DNA of 63,738 bases, counting the filler, from Reticulomyxa filosa (lineage: Eukaryota; Protista; Foraminifera): NCBI GenBank assembly GCA_000512085.1. It is 19 parts of 19 records of this genome, joined end to end, with 100 filler letters (N's around TTAATTAATTAA, not from the genome) between each part and the next. Parts side by side here need not be neighbours in the genome. Positions count along the whole stretch, not along the records: positions 18,356 to 30,393 come from ASPP01025860.1; positions 30,494 to 32,945 come from ASPP01001788.1; positions 33,046 to 37,228 come from ASPP01026804.1; positions 37,329 to 39,322 come from ASPP01012834.1; 15 more parts are not named here. The stretch is one strand, 5' to 3'. The translations under genes and the position numbers were made by a program. The stretch's first letter is position 1. Each line of letters starts with the position of its first letter. Positions 25,101 to 37,329 of this stretch are shown piece by piece. The notes under the pieces were generated by a model that saw only the letters and a program-made list of their open reading frames with translations, did not search any database and was not told the origin of the DNA.

Positions 25101-25465
25101 AACCCAATGATGAACCCAATGGGAATGAACCCAATGGGCATGAATCCAATGGGCATGAACCCGATGGGCATGAATCCAATGATGAACCCAATGGGAATGG
25201 GATCCATGGGAATGAATCCGATGGGTATGGGCATGGATATGAATGCAATGGGAGTGCAACCTGGTAATAACACTGACTTGGGTGGTGAAGGTGAAGGTGG
25301 ATTGCCAGATATGCCAGATGTTGGCAATGATGCTAAATTTAAAGTTACCTCATCGCTGTTTGCCCGTTTTTGTTTTTCTTTTGCATACACCACTCAAACA
25401 TATACGATGCCCTTTTTAAAAAATAGCTTGGAGCGTATCAAGACCATGATAGCGATGATGATTAA
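22177..25465 (+). CDS. Type I cell-surface protein, ~890 aa: signal peptide, two copies of a Cys-containing domain, PTxx stalk, SEA-like domain, TM helix, Met-rich tail; exons 22177-22529, 22659-23150, 23363-23499, 23572-24698, 24819-25343, 25427-25465
   Basis: All five GT-AG introns join in frame (2673 nt total). Signal MHIFRSLWLCVLVLLTLNQG; TM VLVAIIVVVIAVVLFFSVAFYF followed by RFKRQR. Confidence 0.85.
23661..24010 (+). repeat. Coding tetrapeptide (12-bp) P-T/S-x-x repeat stalk, mostly basic
   Basis: PTNDPTYDPTRAPTKHPTKPPTRHPTRNPTQRPTKIPTRRPTRR... Confidence 0.9.
24972..25250 (+). repeat. Coding 15/12-bp repeat encoding (MGMNQ)n/(MGMNP)n/(MMNP)
   Basis: Tandem ATGGGYATGAAYCMA units. Confidence 0.92.
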
Positions 25466-26818
25466 AACATGTTACCAAAGCTGAATTTTTTTATTTTGTT
25501 AATAGTTTTTCTCTTTGTCAAGCGTATTATTTTTTTTTGTATGAGATTAACTCCATCTAAAATCGAAAGAGGTGTTGTAACTTTGGACGTTTCAAATGAA
25601 ATAAAATTACTGTTTGTAAAATTCTTGACAATTTGCTGATTAAAGTGTTGTATGGTTTTAATGGTTTCTTTGTGCTAAATTTCTAACATTGATTAGGCAG
25701 TTGTATTACTTTGGTAAGAATCGTTACCTATCTCAGAAAAAATTGTTGTGGCGTGAAGAACCAAAAAAATTTCTCATATTGCAACAAAAAGGAAACACAT
25801 AAAAAATTCTCGCTTTAATTTTTTAAGATATGTTGGCTTGGATTATTACCTGTTGAGTATGTATGCTATTAGAAAGAGAGCATTTAAGCAAGAAGAGGGG
25901 CTACTTGCCAAGCTAACCAGTAGAAAGGTAAGCAGTCAAAATCAATGGGACTTGGCAACAGTCGCTCTGGACTGCATTGGCGAGGATGACCAAGAAAGAT
26001 GGAAGATTCGTGAGTTGATGGAAAGAAGAAACGTATGCGCATGCAAAATGTAGTCACTTTTGCTAAAAAAAATGTTCAAAGCAATATCCTGAAGATTAAA
26101 CTCTGACAAATCGATGTTCAATATATGGGGACTGAAAAACGCGATTATTCTTTATTATTATCAACAGTGATCTTGCTGTACTATTACATTAGGAAAAATC
26201 TGCAAATGGAGTTGTGCATTTCATAAAAATCCGTTTTTTTCTAACCACGCCATATTCAAGTAGTACTCCAAGGGGGTTTTTAAATGTGTAAGGCCGTCTA
26301 ATAAGTAGAGCAAGTCAAATGAGAGACGACATCATAATGTACCCACCATTTTGCTTAATTCCTATCGAGCTGTCCAATGAGAGTTATCATTGAGGGGCAT
26401 GTTTTGTGTTGGTTGTTCTGATTCAATGCCAATAACCGCGTCGCTTGAACATAAGTCTGGAAATCTTTAAAAAAAACCAAATATAATATGTACACATACA
26501 TATCAACGTTTTCAATAACAAGTTCAGAAAATATCATTCATGAGAAATCATTTTTTTTTTACTCATGTTCAATATGTTTATTATTATTATTTTGTTTTAT
26601 TTTATTTTTTGAAAAGTTGATCGTTTTTGCTGAACAAAGGCTTGAAAAAGTTTTTTGGTATGTGTTCAATAGGTGGTTGCCCCTTTTTTTTTTTGAATTT
26701 TTTTACGCAACCGTTACTGAAAATTTCTTGAAGTTATTCGGGATTTGTTTTTTTCGTGTGCAGCATGATTGAAAAATAAAAGCGATATTAAAGGACTAAA
26801 GTGTTGAAAAAAAGAAAA

Positions 26819-29800
26819 ATGGAAAAAACTAAAGAAAACAGTGACAGTGTTGATCCTTATTGGCTCTGCACTGACGACGAGGCACCAGATCTGAAACCAA
26901 AAGACGTTTCAAAAACAAACAAAAAAAAAGCCAAGTCATCTAAATCGACAAAAAGAGCCATAAAAAGGGCTCAACCCGACTCAGACTTGTCACAGCCACA
27001 GCGTTCCCTTAGTTATTTTTTTTTTTGAGAAAAGGGGTGATCTTCAAAAAAAAAAAGTTGTATACGTACAAAAAAAAAAGAAAAAAGAAAAACGCTCCAA
27101 TGTGACAATTGTCCATCACAATCGAATGAAACTAGTTGAGTGAGCAGGAAGAAAAGAGGGACTCAAACTCGACCAATCGAAATTTGAAACTTACATTTTG
27201 CTATCAACCCCCTCTCTCCCTTTTTTTTTTTTTTTGCTCCCCTTTTTTTTTCTCCCCTTTTTTTTTCTCCCCCTTTTAAAAAAAAAACTTGAGTTTTTTT
27301 GAAGTTCACCTACCCCTTTTTTTAAAAAAAATTGCTGTGAGTGTACGTATATTGGGGGTGATGGAAAAAACAAAAAGTGTGCTCGGATGAAGAAGGGTCC
27401 TGTTCTTCAAAGGGTAAAAGGAAAGAGATGGGTGCAAAAAAATCCCTCCATATAAAAAAGAATAACGAGACGATTGCGGAAGAAATTGAATATATTGTCG
27501 GTGCTCGTCTGTTTCTGGTATAACATGCCGTATGCGCTTTTTATTTATTTATTTATTTTTTCGTATGTTGCCTTTGGTTATTTAAATCGTGTGTGGAATG
27601 ATACATGACGTGTACACTTGAAAGAGGAACACCAGACTGTGCGAGTGCTGCAATGCCGTAAAACCCGCAGCTGAAGTGGAAACAGAAGAAATGGACCATT
27701 GGTTTTGTTACGAGTGTAAGCTCGAAGAATGTGCGATAAAAGTGTGTAGTATGTATGCAAGAGCAAAAGGGGAGAAGGGAAGGACAACTTTTGCAACATG
27801 TTTGGGGTGTGTATTTTTTTTCACACTTAACGTTGCAATAATAAAAAAAAAAAAATTGTTATTGTGAAACCGACTTACTTTGTTCTCGTCGAAAATGTTC
27901 TTTTTTTTTTTTTGGAAAAATTGAAAAGAAAAACATTTGAGAATTTTATTATGCAATTGTTTTACTCTTTTTTTTTTTTTTTTTTTATGTGTGTTGGTCC
28001 CTTTGCGATCATTGGAAGGTGCCCAGTGAGTGCTTGCTGCTACAAGTGCACTCAGTGCAAGACTACAAGTGGAAGACTGGGCAAATTGTGGACTGGAGTC
28101 CGATGGGCGATGGAGAAAACAGTGACAGCGACGGAAATGAAATGGAATGCAACAGTAATGGCAATGGCAATAACAATAGCACTAGCAATAGTACTAGCAA
28201 TAGCAATAACAATGGCAATGGTACAGAGTCGAAAGGACTGAGAAAAAAAAAAACACATCCAACAAAACATGGAAAGTATCCGTATTGTATATCGACGACG
28301 AAGTTAAGGATTGTTTGTACATTCACGGCAAACCCCCTTATCTTAACGAAAACGTGGATCAAGTGTATTGGATCAAGCATCCCGATTCTCATAAGCACAC
28401 GTCACCCCAGCTTTTAGTTGGGTTGTCCGTTTATTGTGTTTATTCTTATTGTTGTTGTTGCTTTATTCTCTCTTTCTTCTCCACTTCTTTTTCAAAAACA
28501 AAACTAAAAAATAAAAAACAATACAAAGAATGTATTTGTGTTTGTTTTTTTTTTTTTTTGAAGAAAAAATTGGGGATAATCACAAGCGACGACCACAATG
28601 AAATCGACAATCACAGCCCTACTGACAACATTCCACCAAAAAAATGCATTGAAAACTTGGAGGAAAAAACCTTGGAGTTTTTAGTAAAATATCGAGACAA
28701 GTCATATCTCCATTGCGAATGGCGCAGCTACAATAATCTTGTATCTTGTTTGGATGAAAAACAAGTGACCCGAATCATGCGGAAGTGGACGAGCGACGGA
28801 AAGCCACAATGCTATTATCAACAGCCTGTGTTCTCCGCTCCTTTGGGAGAAAACGGTGAACATATTGACCACTCAAAACATAGTGTTGACGTGCATTATT
28901 TTGATCCCCTTTTCACCGTCATTGATCGAATCCTTGATGACAACCCCAAAACCAAAGGCAAAAAAAAGGAATATCTCATCAAATGGCAAGGACTGCCATA
29001 TTCTGAGGTTATTGCGTTTGTCTTTTTCAAATTTTTATTTCATTTCAAATTTATATTTTTATGAAAATGTATATACATATATGGCTTTTTTTTTTTTTTT
29101 TTTTTTTATGAACCTGATAACCTACATAAGCACAACTACATACTTTTTTTCTTCTTTTTAAAAAGGCAACTTGGGAATCAAAAGAAGACCTGGAAACACA
29201 CGATGCTGAAATGTTGGAAAAAATGTTAAAAAAATATAAAATGTTTAAAACAATGACCGCAAAGACAGCCTCGAAAGCACATACAAAGTGAGTTCGGTTG
29301 CCACAAGCTCTTAACATTGTGACTTTTGTCTGTGTACTATCGCAACTCACTAGAAAATAATGGACACACATTATACATATGTATATGTATAAAAAAAAGA
29401 AAAGAAAATAAGCCAATGATTGAAGATGGCCATTTGTCTACTTGTATCCCCACTTGTGGGATGAAGTTGAAAGATTATCAAAAAGAAGGCGTGGACTGGC
29501 TGTGTTTTAATTGGCATCAACATAGAAATGTGCTACTATGTGACGAAATGGGATTAGGAAAAACATGTCAAGTAACTTTACATTACTTTTTGAATGTTGC
29601 TTGTACTTTTATGCTTAAACAAATGACCAATTTTAAAAAATATTGTGTTTTATGATTACTTATCATAGAGTATCGTGTTTTTGAATTACTTGAAAGAGAT
29701 TCAAAAAATCAATGGACCTTTTTTGATTGCAGCACCTTTGTCGACCATTGGTCATTGGCGTCGAGAAACGGAACGCTTTACGGAAATGTATGCGGTGGTG

Positions 29801-30355
29801 TATCATGGTGACTCGGACAGCAAGCGCGTGATCAAAGAGTATGAATTTCCGGCTAGAGATTCTAAAAACAAAAGAATTGAAGGTGCATACCGCTTTCATG
29901 TACTGATTACCACATATGACTCTTTAATCACAGACAAGTATGTGCTATCCAAAATCCCTTGGAAGGTGTTGATTGTCGATGAAGCGCATCGCTTGAAGAA
30001 CAAAGACTGCAAATTGTGGACCATTCTTCAAAACTCGTATTCCTGTGAGTTTTCGCTGCTGTTGACGGGGACACCCGTTCAAAACAATGTGGAAGAATTG
30101 TGGTCGTTGCTACATTTCATCGACCCTCAACATTTTTCCAATCTGGCTGATTTCGAAACAAAGTTTGTTTTTTTTTGGTATTTTGATCACGTATTGTCAA
30201 ATTCTTGTTACATTATTGTCATCATTTGAATCACAAATAGATATGGAAGAATCTCTGCAATGGAACAGGTGGACGATCTCAGAAATCTTTTGGGTTCACA
30301 TGTGCTACGGTATATTTGTTTGTTTTGTCTCTTTTTCCTCTTCCCTTTTATCATT

Positions 30356-30392
<37 letters not shown>

Positions 30393-30393
30393 G
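26819..30393 (+). CDS. CHD-family chromatin remodeler (CHD6-9-like SNF2 ATPase with tandem chromodomains), multi-exon, 3'-truncated
   Basis: Chromodomain motifs [16 protein letters not shown] and [20 protein letters not shown]|ATWE; SNF2 motifs [58 protein letters not shown]. Confidence 0.93.
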
Positions 30394-33078
30394 NNNNNNN
30401 NNNNNNNNNNNNNNNNNNNNNNNNNNNNNNNNNNNNNTTAATTAATTAANNNNNNNNNNNNNNNNNNNNNNNNNNNNNNNNNNNNNNNNNNNNGATGAAT
30501 TTATGGAAATGAAATATAAATTGTAATGAAATGCCATGCGCTTGCAATCACACAACGACATTCAGATTAGCACGCACCACTTTCATTTAACTCACTCCAA
30601 ATCAATAATGTGCATAATCAATCAAACATCAATCGTCTCTATTTACATATATTTGCGATTATGCCATATGTTATTCCCCAGATGTCGACACATCAAAGAC
30701 TCATCGAGTTATTTCCAAGATATGATGTTGATTTGATGGAGAATATCAAAATCGTAATATACTGCCAGTCAAGTAAAATTACCAGAGAATCATTTGCATT
30801 ATTGCTTGGAATGCATTTGAAGTTAAAAAAAACATAGATTATTTGTATCTTTCTAAGCAACTTACATTAATTTGTTTTTGTTTTTTTATTGTTACAACAG
30901 TTAGAATATGCCAAGTCCACAGGATGTATGTGATGAAACCAGTGCGCAAAAATGCGGAAGCGAGTACTGCTGTCTTGGTGAGAACGGATGCATCACAAAA
31001 ATAAAGAACATTTGACACGCAAACGATATCAAGATAATAGTAATAATATATTGACAACAGCGAACAGTGTCAATGCAAAGATATTTGAAGAGATTGTGCC
31101 TGGAAATGATATCAGTCCGTCCACAATACCTGGGATACCATTTTACGCTCAATCAAACAAGTCTTTTCCAAGGCAACATGAATCAAGAAAGCAATAATTA
31201 TCTCCGATATCTTATCTTGTAGTAATATCTGAGTTCTCCGGAGTCACTATGTTATATCAGGTACACGAACAGCTATGCTATTGTAAACGTGAATACACTC
31301 CATTATTCCGCGTCGATGCAATGCTGATCTTTACCTTCATTCATATCAGGAGACAAAGCGACAGATCTAACTCACATTTAATACAATGATCAAATCATTG
31401 TATTAAATGTGAGTTAGAACAAGGCCACGAATACCACCTTCCAATCGATTGTCATTTCTATTGGCTCCGTTTTTTGTCGCTATTTTGTCATTGATACTTG
31501 AGATGATGTCGATATCATTGCCTAATCTGGGGTCACAGTTATGCCAGTGTAGCTCCTCTTTCTTCTTCTTCGCTTCTTGCATTTGCTGCTGCCAAAGATG
31601 CTTTCGACTTAGTCTCAAAGATGACGATGATGTATTGCAAAGCGTGTTATTGATGCACCAACCAAAGCAAACCAAATGCACTTACCATGGCCTTGGAATG
31701 CGTACAAACAATAGGGAAAAGAAAAACAGTATTGCAGCAATATATAAAATTGTGCAATGTTGTTTGTCCATTTCCTTCGAATGACATGAAGTACTCTGCC
31801 AACAAGGACATATTGATTCGTCTTTAGTTGTGATTGATACTGTGATCAAATGTTTTGTGCCTAATTGTTGTTGTCTATTTTCAATATAGTTATATTTTTG
31901 ATATGTATTCTCTCAGCCATTGCACTTTTTCTTTATTCTCATCAATATCTGAACCAATTGATCGAAACAAGCAACTCAAATAAGATTGAATCAATCCTTT
32001 CTTGTATTCTTCTCTGTTCTGCAATCTAAAACATCTCGTCTCCAATTGTTTCCTCATTGGAGAGTTTGTTTATGCATTAATTTTTCTATCTCACTAAACT
32101 TTTGCAATAAATAATGTTAGTTGAGAAAAAAAAACAAATAATCCTTTTCTTTTTAAAAATAACAAAAAAGTGAAAAATATTAGGAACAAAAGAATGAACA
32201 AATAACGCGTACAATAAGTTAACATATTTCAATCAACGTATACAAAAATGACACATACAAAAAAATGATTAATCGCTAGAACGTGTATACTTATATAGGG
32301 ACCACAACTAATAAAAAAAAATGTCGATAAGAGGGCATAGCAGCTATACGAAACAGTAACATGCTGTGATGTGGTGCACATGCACCATTTGATTCCATTG
32401 ATAAAAGTAAATACATGAAGGAATAAATAATAATAATAATAATAATAATAGAGATAGAAATGATGTTGTTTGGTCAATTTATACACCAAAGGATTGGAAA
32501 TAAACAAATGACGAAAAGAATGAGCACAGACAGGCAGGCCAAAGAGCTGGTCTCCAGAAAGGAAAATATGTGCGCATTTTTTCATTCAGGACCTCTTGTA
32601 GCTCTTGCAGCTCAAACAATTCACCCAACAATTTCAACACATCCTTCATCGTCTGTACATCAGTTAGCAAGCCTTCCACATACTGCTGTATATACGAAAA
32701 TGATCTCATTCTTTCGTTGGAGTTTTTAAGAAAAAAATGACAAATGCAAGGAGCAGCAGTGCGAAAAGTGCAAAAACGTATTATTATTTTTGTGCTGGTT
32801 TGAGATTGATTTGACAAATTCAATGGTTTCGAAGTATTACCTTTTTTATAAGTGTTTAATGATATTCGGTAAATTGATCTAGCTAGTGAATAAAATAATA
32901 AACTTTTATACTCATAGGTCGTGCCAAAAAATTAAAAGCATCAACNNNNNNNNNNNNNNNNNNNNNNNNNNNNNNNNNNNNNNNNNNNNTTAATTAATTA
33001 ANNNNNNNNNNNNNNNNNNNNNNNNNNNNNNNNNNNNNNNNNNNNATTATTATTATTATTATTATTGTTGTTGAATAG

Positions 33079-33842
33079 TGCATAAAGTGCTCGTGTTCAT
33101 TTTGTTGGCTTTGCCTGCAAGAGATCGAAGACATCGCAGTTCCGAGCCATTTCAAAGAAGGCAATAGCAGTTGTGCAGGGAAGCAATTCGAAGGGGAGTG
33201 GTCGGACCCGCCACTTTGGCTGAGCATCATTTGGATGTGTCTTGCGTGTATTTTCTCCATTCCCGCTTTGTTTATTGCTATCCCGTTTGCTTTTGTCTTC
33301 TTTGCTTGCACTCAATGTTGGAAGCATGTCTGCATTCAATGTCAGGACAATCCACCGAGTTTTGGGAGCACTTTAAGTAAGTACATTTGTATGTATGTGT
33401 GTACGTATATGGATGCATGCACATGCGTCCATGTGCATGTGCATGCGTATGGAAAAAGGGAGGGGCTCTAATTTTAATGAACTTTGTACATATCGTGTTT
33501 TTTTTTTTTTTTTTTTTTTGCGGCCTTAAGGTGGTTGTTGGATGGGTTGGCTTTTTTTTTTGATATGCCTTATCCTTGTCGTTCCTGTGACGATCATATG
33601 CGCCATTAAGAATTTGCTGGCTTGCTGTGGTGTGCAAGCGTGCAATGGCACGTGGCAGCGCCCTGATGCGCAAGAACAAGAAAATAATGGTGCAAGGACG
33701 TTGAGAACATCCACCAACGTCACCATTAGCGTTATGTCTTTAAGATTACCTTTTTCACTTTCAAATAAATGAAACAAATGATTACTGATAAAATATCAAC
33801 CAAATGTCACATATAAATATATAATTACAGATTGACGATTAG
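33079..33842 (+). CDS. C-terminal part of an RBR E3 ubiquitin ligase (RING2 + TM helices, RNF19/RNF144/RNF217-like); exons 33079-33376, 33531-33730, 33831-33842
   Basis: CIKCSCSFCWLCLQEI..HF..SC is the end of an RBR RING2; two hydrophobic segments follow; introns join in frame. Confidence 0.75.
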
Positions 33843-34522
33843 TCCGTCCCAAGGATAATGGTTTTGTCAATAATAATAATATAATAATAAAAACAAGACA
33901 TACTAAATTTCACAAAAGAACACTTTTTCAAATGTATGTTTCATGTTCAAATTTCAATGAAAGTTCAACGCATTTTCTGCTAATAACTCTTTTAAAAATC
34001 GTGTGTAAAGTGGTTCAGTGGTGACACACATCCTCAATTCTTCAGAACTAGTTCTGTACTTTCCAAGTTGTAGTTGATGGCGGTCAATTCAAAAATGTTT
34101 CTTGCTTTATTACAGAAGCAGCCTTCAAATTCTTGCCGTTACAATTGTCTTTCATCTCGTAGGCGAGAACTTTGAATGTTTTAATTTGTGATTTCCTTTG
34201 TGAACAAACAACATTTTAAAAATATACTTTGATTTTTTATTCAATCTTTTGTATTTTTGCAAAAATTGGATTTTGATAAATTTGACAAAAAGTTAACAGT
34301 TATGACTCATAATCCTGAAATTTGCCAAGTGCAATCAAATAAATCGTGTTTATTATTTTGACAAAGAATCTTAGTTTTTTATACAATTTATTGTTTGGAT
34401 AATTTACTGCAGTGTAAAACGTTTCAATTTAACAAATTGGATTTTTTGCGTTCAAAAGAGTTTTTCTTTTTTTCAAAAAACCAGTAAAAACTAACTACTA
34501 ATAATTCAGCAACATTAACAAT

Positions 34523-36797
34523 ATGAGCCAAATTAAACAAAAGGAAAACCTTACTACCTCAATCCCCTTTCAAGATTTGAAGGATTCTTTCACTCCATTT
34601 GCTAATCTTGAAACAAAACCCGAACAAGGTCAAATTATTATTGCTTCGACTCCCTTTGAATGTTTGAAGGATTTGCCCGTTCCAATTTTAAAATTGCAAT
34701 GCGTGTTGCACAAACACGAAATTCTCATTTGTGGGGGTTATGAACAAAGAGCTTGTTATTCTTACAATACACTCAAACATGAATACAAGTTTATCTGTGA
34801 GTATCCAAGTGAGGTCAAATTAGATGGGCACTGTGTAGTGAAACTTGTAGATAACAACAACGACAATGAAATTACTCTGTTGTCTTTTGGTGGACATAAA
34901 TATAAACATACATTGGTGATGAAATATGTAAGTGTTTGGAGTAATGGCAACGATGTAAATAAATCAAACAATTATAATCAATGGATTCCTTTCACAGACA
35001 ATAACAACCACATAATTCACATTGGAAGAGATGAAGATGATTACCAAGGAATGCGTGCAGTGGTTGGTGGGAGTAACAATCATTTGTTATTTATTACTTA
35101 TTTTTATAATATCAGTGTATTTGATTTAAATAAATTTCAATTTATTAAACATGATGCTTTACCAATTAAAGATGGAATATTTTATCATTGTTTTGTAGTA
35201 ACATCAGAAAATGGACAATATATGACAAACACAAATGAAAAAACAAACAAGAAAAAAAATAACGAAATGCTGTTGTTTTATAAAAGGATAGGATTATCAA
35301 TTGAATATAACGAAGGTAACAACACCTTTCAATTTCATCAACTACCTGTTTGTAATAATATGGCATCACTATATCATTCTTCATGTGTATGTATCAATGA
35401 TTTTGTTTTATTTTTTGGTGGATATGGTTGGAAGAACAATAAATATATTGTGTCCAAATCATTGCACAAGTATTCAATATCAAAGAAAACATGGGCTACA
35501 CCTGAACACACTTTGCCTATTCAATTGTATGATTGTTTTGGGATATTAAATGAAAAAAACACACATATACATATCATTGGGGGAAGAAATGACAAAGATA
35601 TCCCAGCATTAACGCATATCAAGACAAAAGTGAGTATATGGATGGATGCTTCACAGCTGGTACTTTCATTTCAGTATTTTAGAACTGCTTGTTTTTTTGT
35701 AATCAAGCATAAGTGAATTTTTTTGTACGAAATTAATTAACGCACAGATGAACTTGTTTATTCAATATTGGATTCAAATCTTTAAGATAAAATTAGGATG
35801 GATCAATGAGTTCAACAAAATGATTATCAAATATGTTAAGTGATGCGTTTTTTAAACATACAAATGAAAATGTATATCATTCGCCGTTTATATGTATCAC
35901 ATTTTCAAATAGGTAAGAGGTTTTCAATTGTTGATGGTTTTACAAGCACATAACGATGCAGTCAGTAGTGTAAGGTTTTCTAGAGATGGCCGAAAGATTG
36001 TTTCGGCATCACATGACAAAACTGTAAGAATATGGGATGTTGCATCGGGAAAACAGCTTCAAACTTTCAGAGGACATACTGGTCAAGTCTTTGCTGCAAC
36101 ATTTTCACCAGATGGACGTACTGTTGTTTCATGCTCAAGTGACGGAACAATTCGATTATGGAATATCAATGCAGGAAGAGAAATGATGAAATGTGTAAAG
36201 TATTTAAATGGAATATGGGATGTAAATTTTTCTCCAGATGGAAAATATATTGTGTCAGGTTTGCAAGATAGTACAATACGATTACGGGATGTACATTCTG
36301 GAATAGAAACAAAACAATTGTTAGGACATTCAAAAGATGTATTGAGTACACAATTTTCATCAGATGATAAAATAATTTTATCATCATCAAATGATAAAAC
36401 AATTAATTTGTGGAATGTAGAATCTGGTAAAATATTGAAACAATTCAAAGGACATTCTGATTGTGTAACACGTGCGAAATTTTCTCCAGATGGTAAATTT
36501 ATTGTGTCATGTTCACTGGATAATACAATTCAGATATGGAACATTGAAACTGGAAGAGGATGGAAAATATTGAAAGGTCATTCGAAATATGTAACTGATG
36601 TAAAATATTTTCCAGACGGTCAAACAATTGTATCGTGTTCAAGTGATAATACAATTCAATTTTGGGACGTAAAGTCAGAAAAGAATATACAAAAATTGGA
36701 AGGATATTCTAATTCTGTGAAATGTGTGGATGTTTCTCAAAATGGTAATACAGTTGCATCAGGTTCTACAGATTGTAAAATCCGAATTTGGGGATGA
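34523..36797 (+). CDS. Kelch-like propeller + linker + WD40 propeller fusion (~702 aa); exons 34523-35659, 35748-35834, 35913-36797
   Basis: Kelch-like ILICGG, LLSFGG, VLFFGG, IHIIGG; phase-0 introns GTACTT..CAG and GTTAAG..TAG join MNLFIQYWIQIFKIKLGWINEFNKMIIKY to seven WD40 repeats ending KIRIWG. Confidence 0.85.
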
Positions 36798-37329
36798 TTA
36801 ACATTCGCACAAACAAAGACAATTTTTTTAAAGATGCATAGGACTGTTTTTTTATTGGTGTTCCTTTTGAGCATAACTTATAATCAAAGATAGAAGTTTG
36901 ATGCCGTAATAACTTGAACATTTAAATAATTTTTTTCAAGTTTTGAAAAATAAAAAGAATAAAAATGTAATCGTTAAGCACAGTCACAAAATGTTGATAT
37001 TTTGATGTCTTCATCCATTGTTGCAAACACACTAAGAGATATGACGCATCGCTATCATTTTTGCAAATCCGTCCATACGTAGAATAAAGTTTTACTCGAT
37101 ACAGTTGAGATTTCAAAAGATACACCAAAAACACACTTTTGTAGAACTCGGAAAGTACCACCAGGTCCGCGCTATCGCGACTCAATAACTCCTTTCCATT
37201 TGCGAGAAAACTCAATTATATGTCACTTNNNNNNNNNNNNNNNNNNNNNNNNNNNNNNNNNNNNNNNNNNNNTTAATTAATTAANNNNNNNNNNNNNNNN
37301 NNNNNNNNNNNNNNNNNNNNNNNNNNNNC

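Noticed and set aside
23608-25393. Overlapping ORFs such as VG-rich 23630-23956 and His-rich 24972-25259
   Set aside because: Alternate readings of the PT and MGMNP coding repeats.
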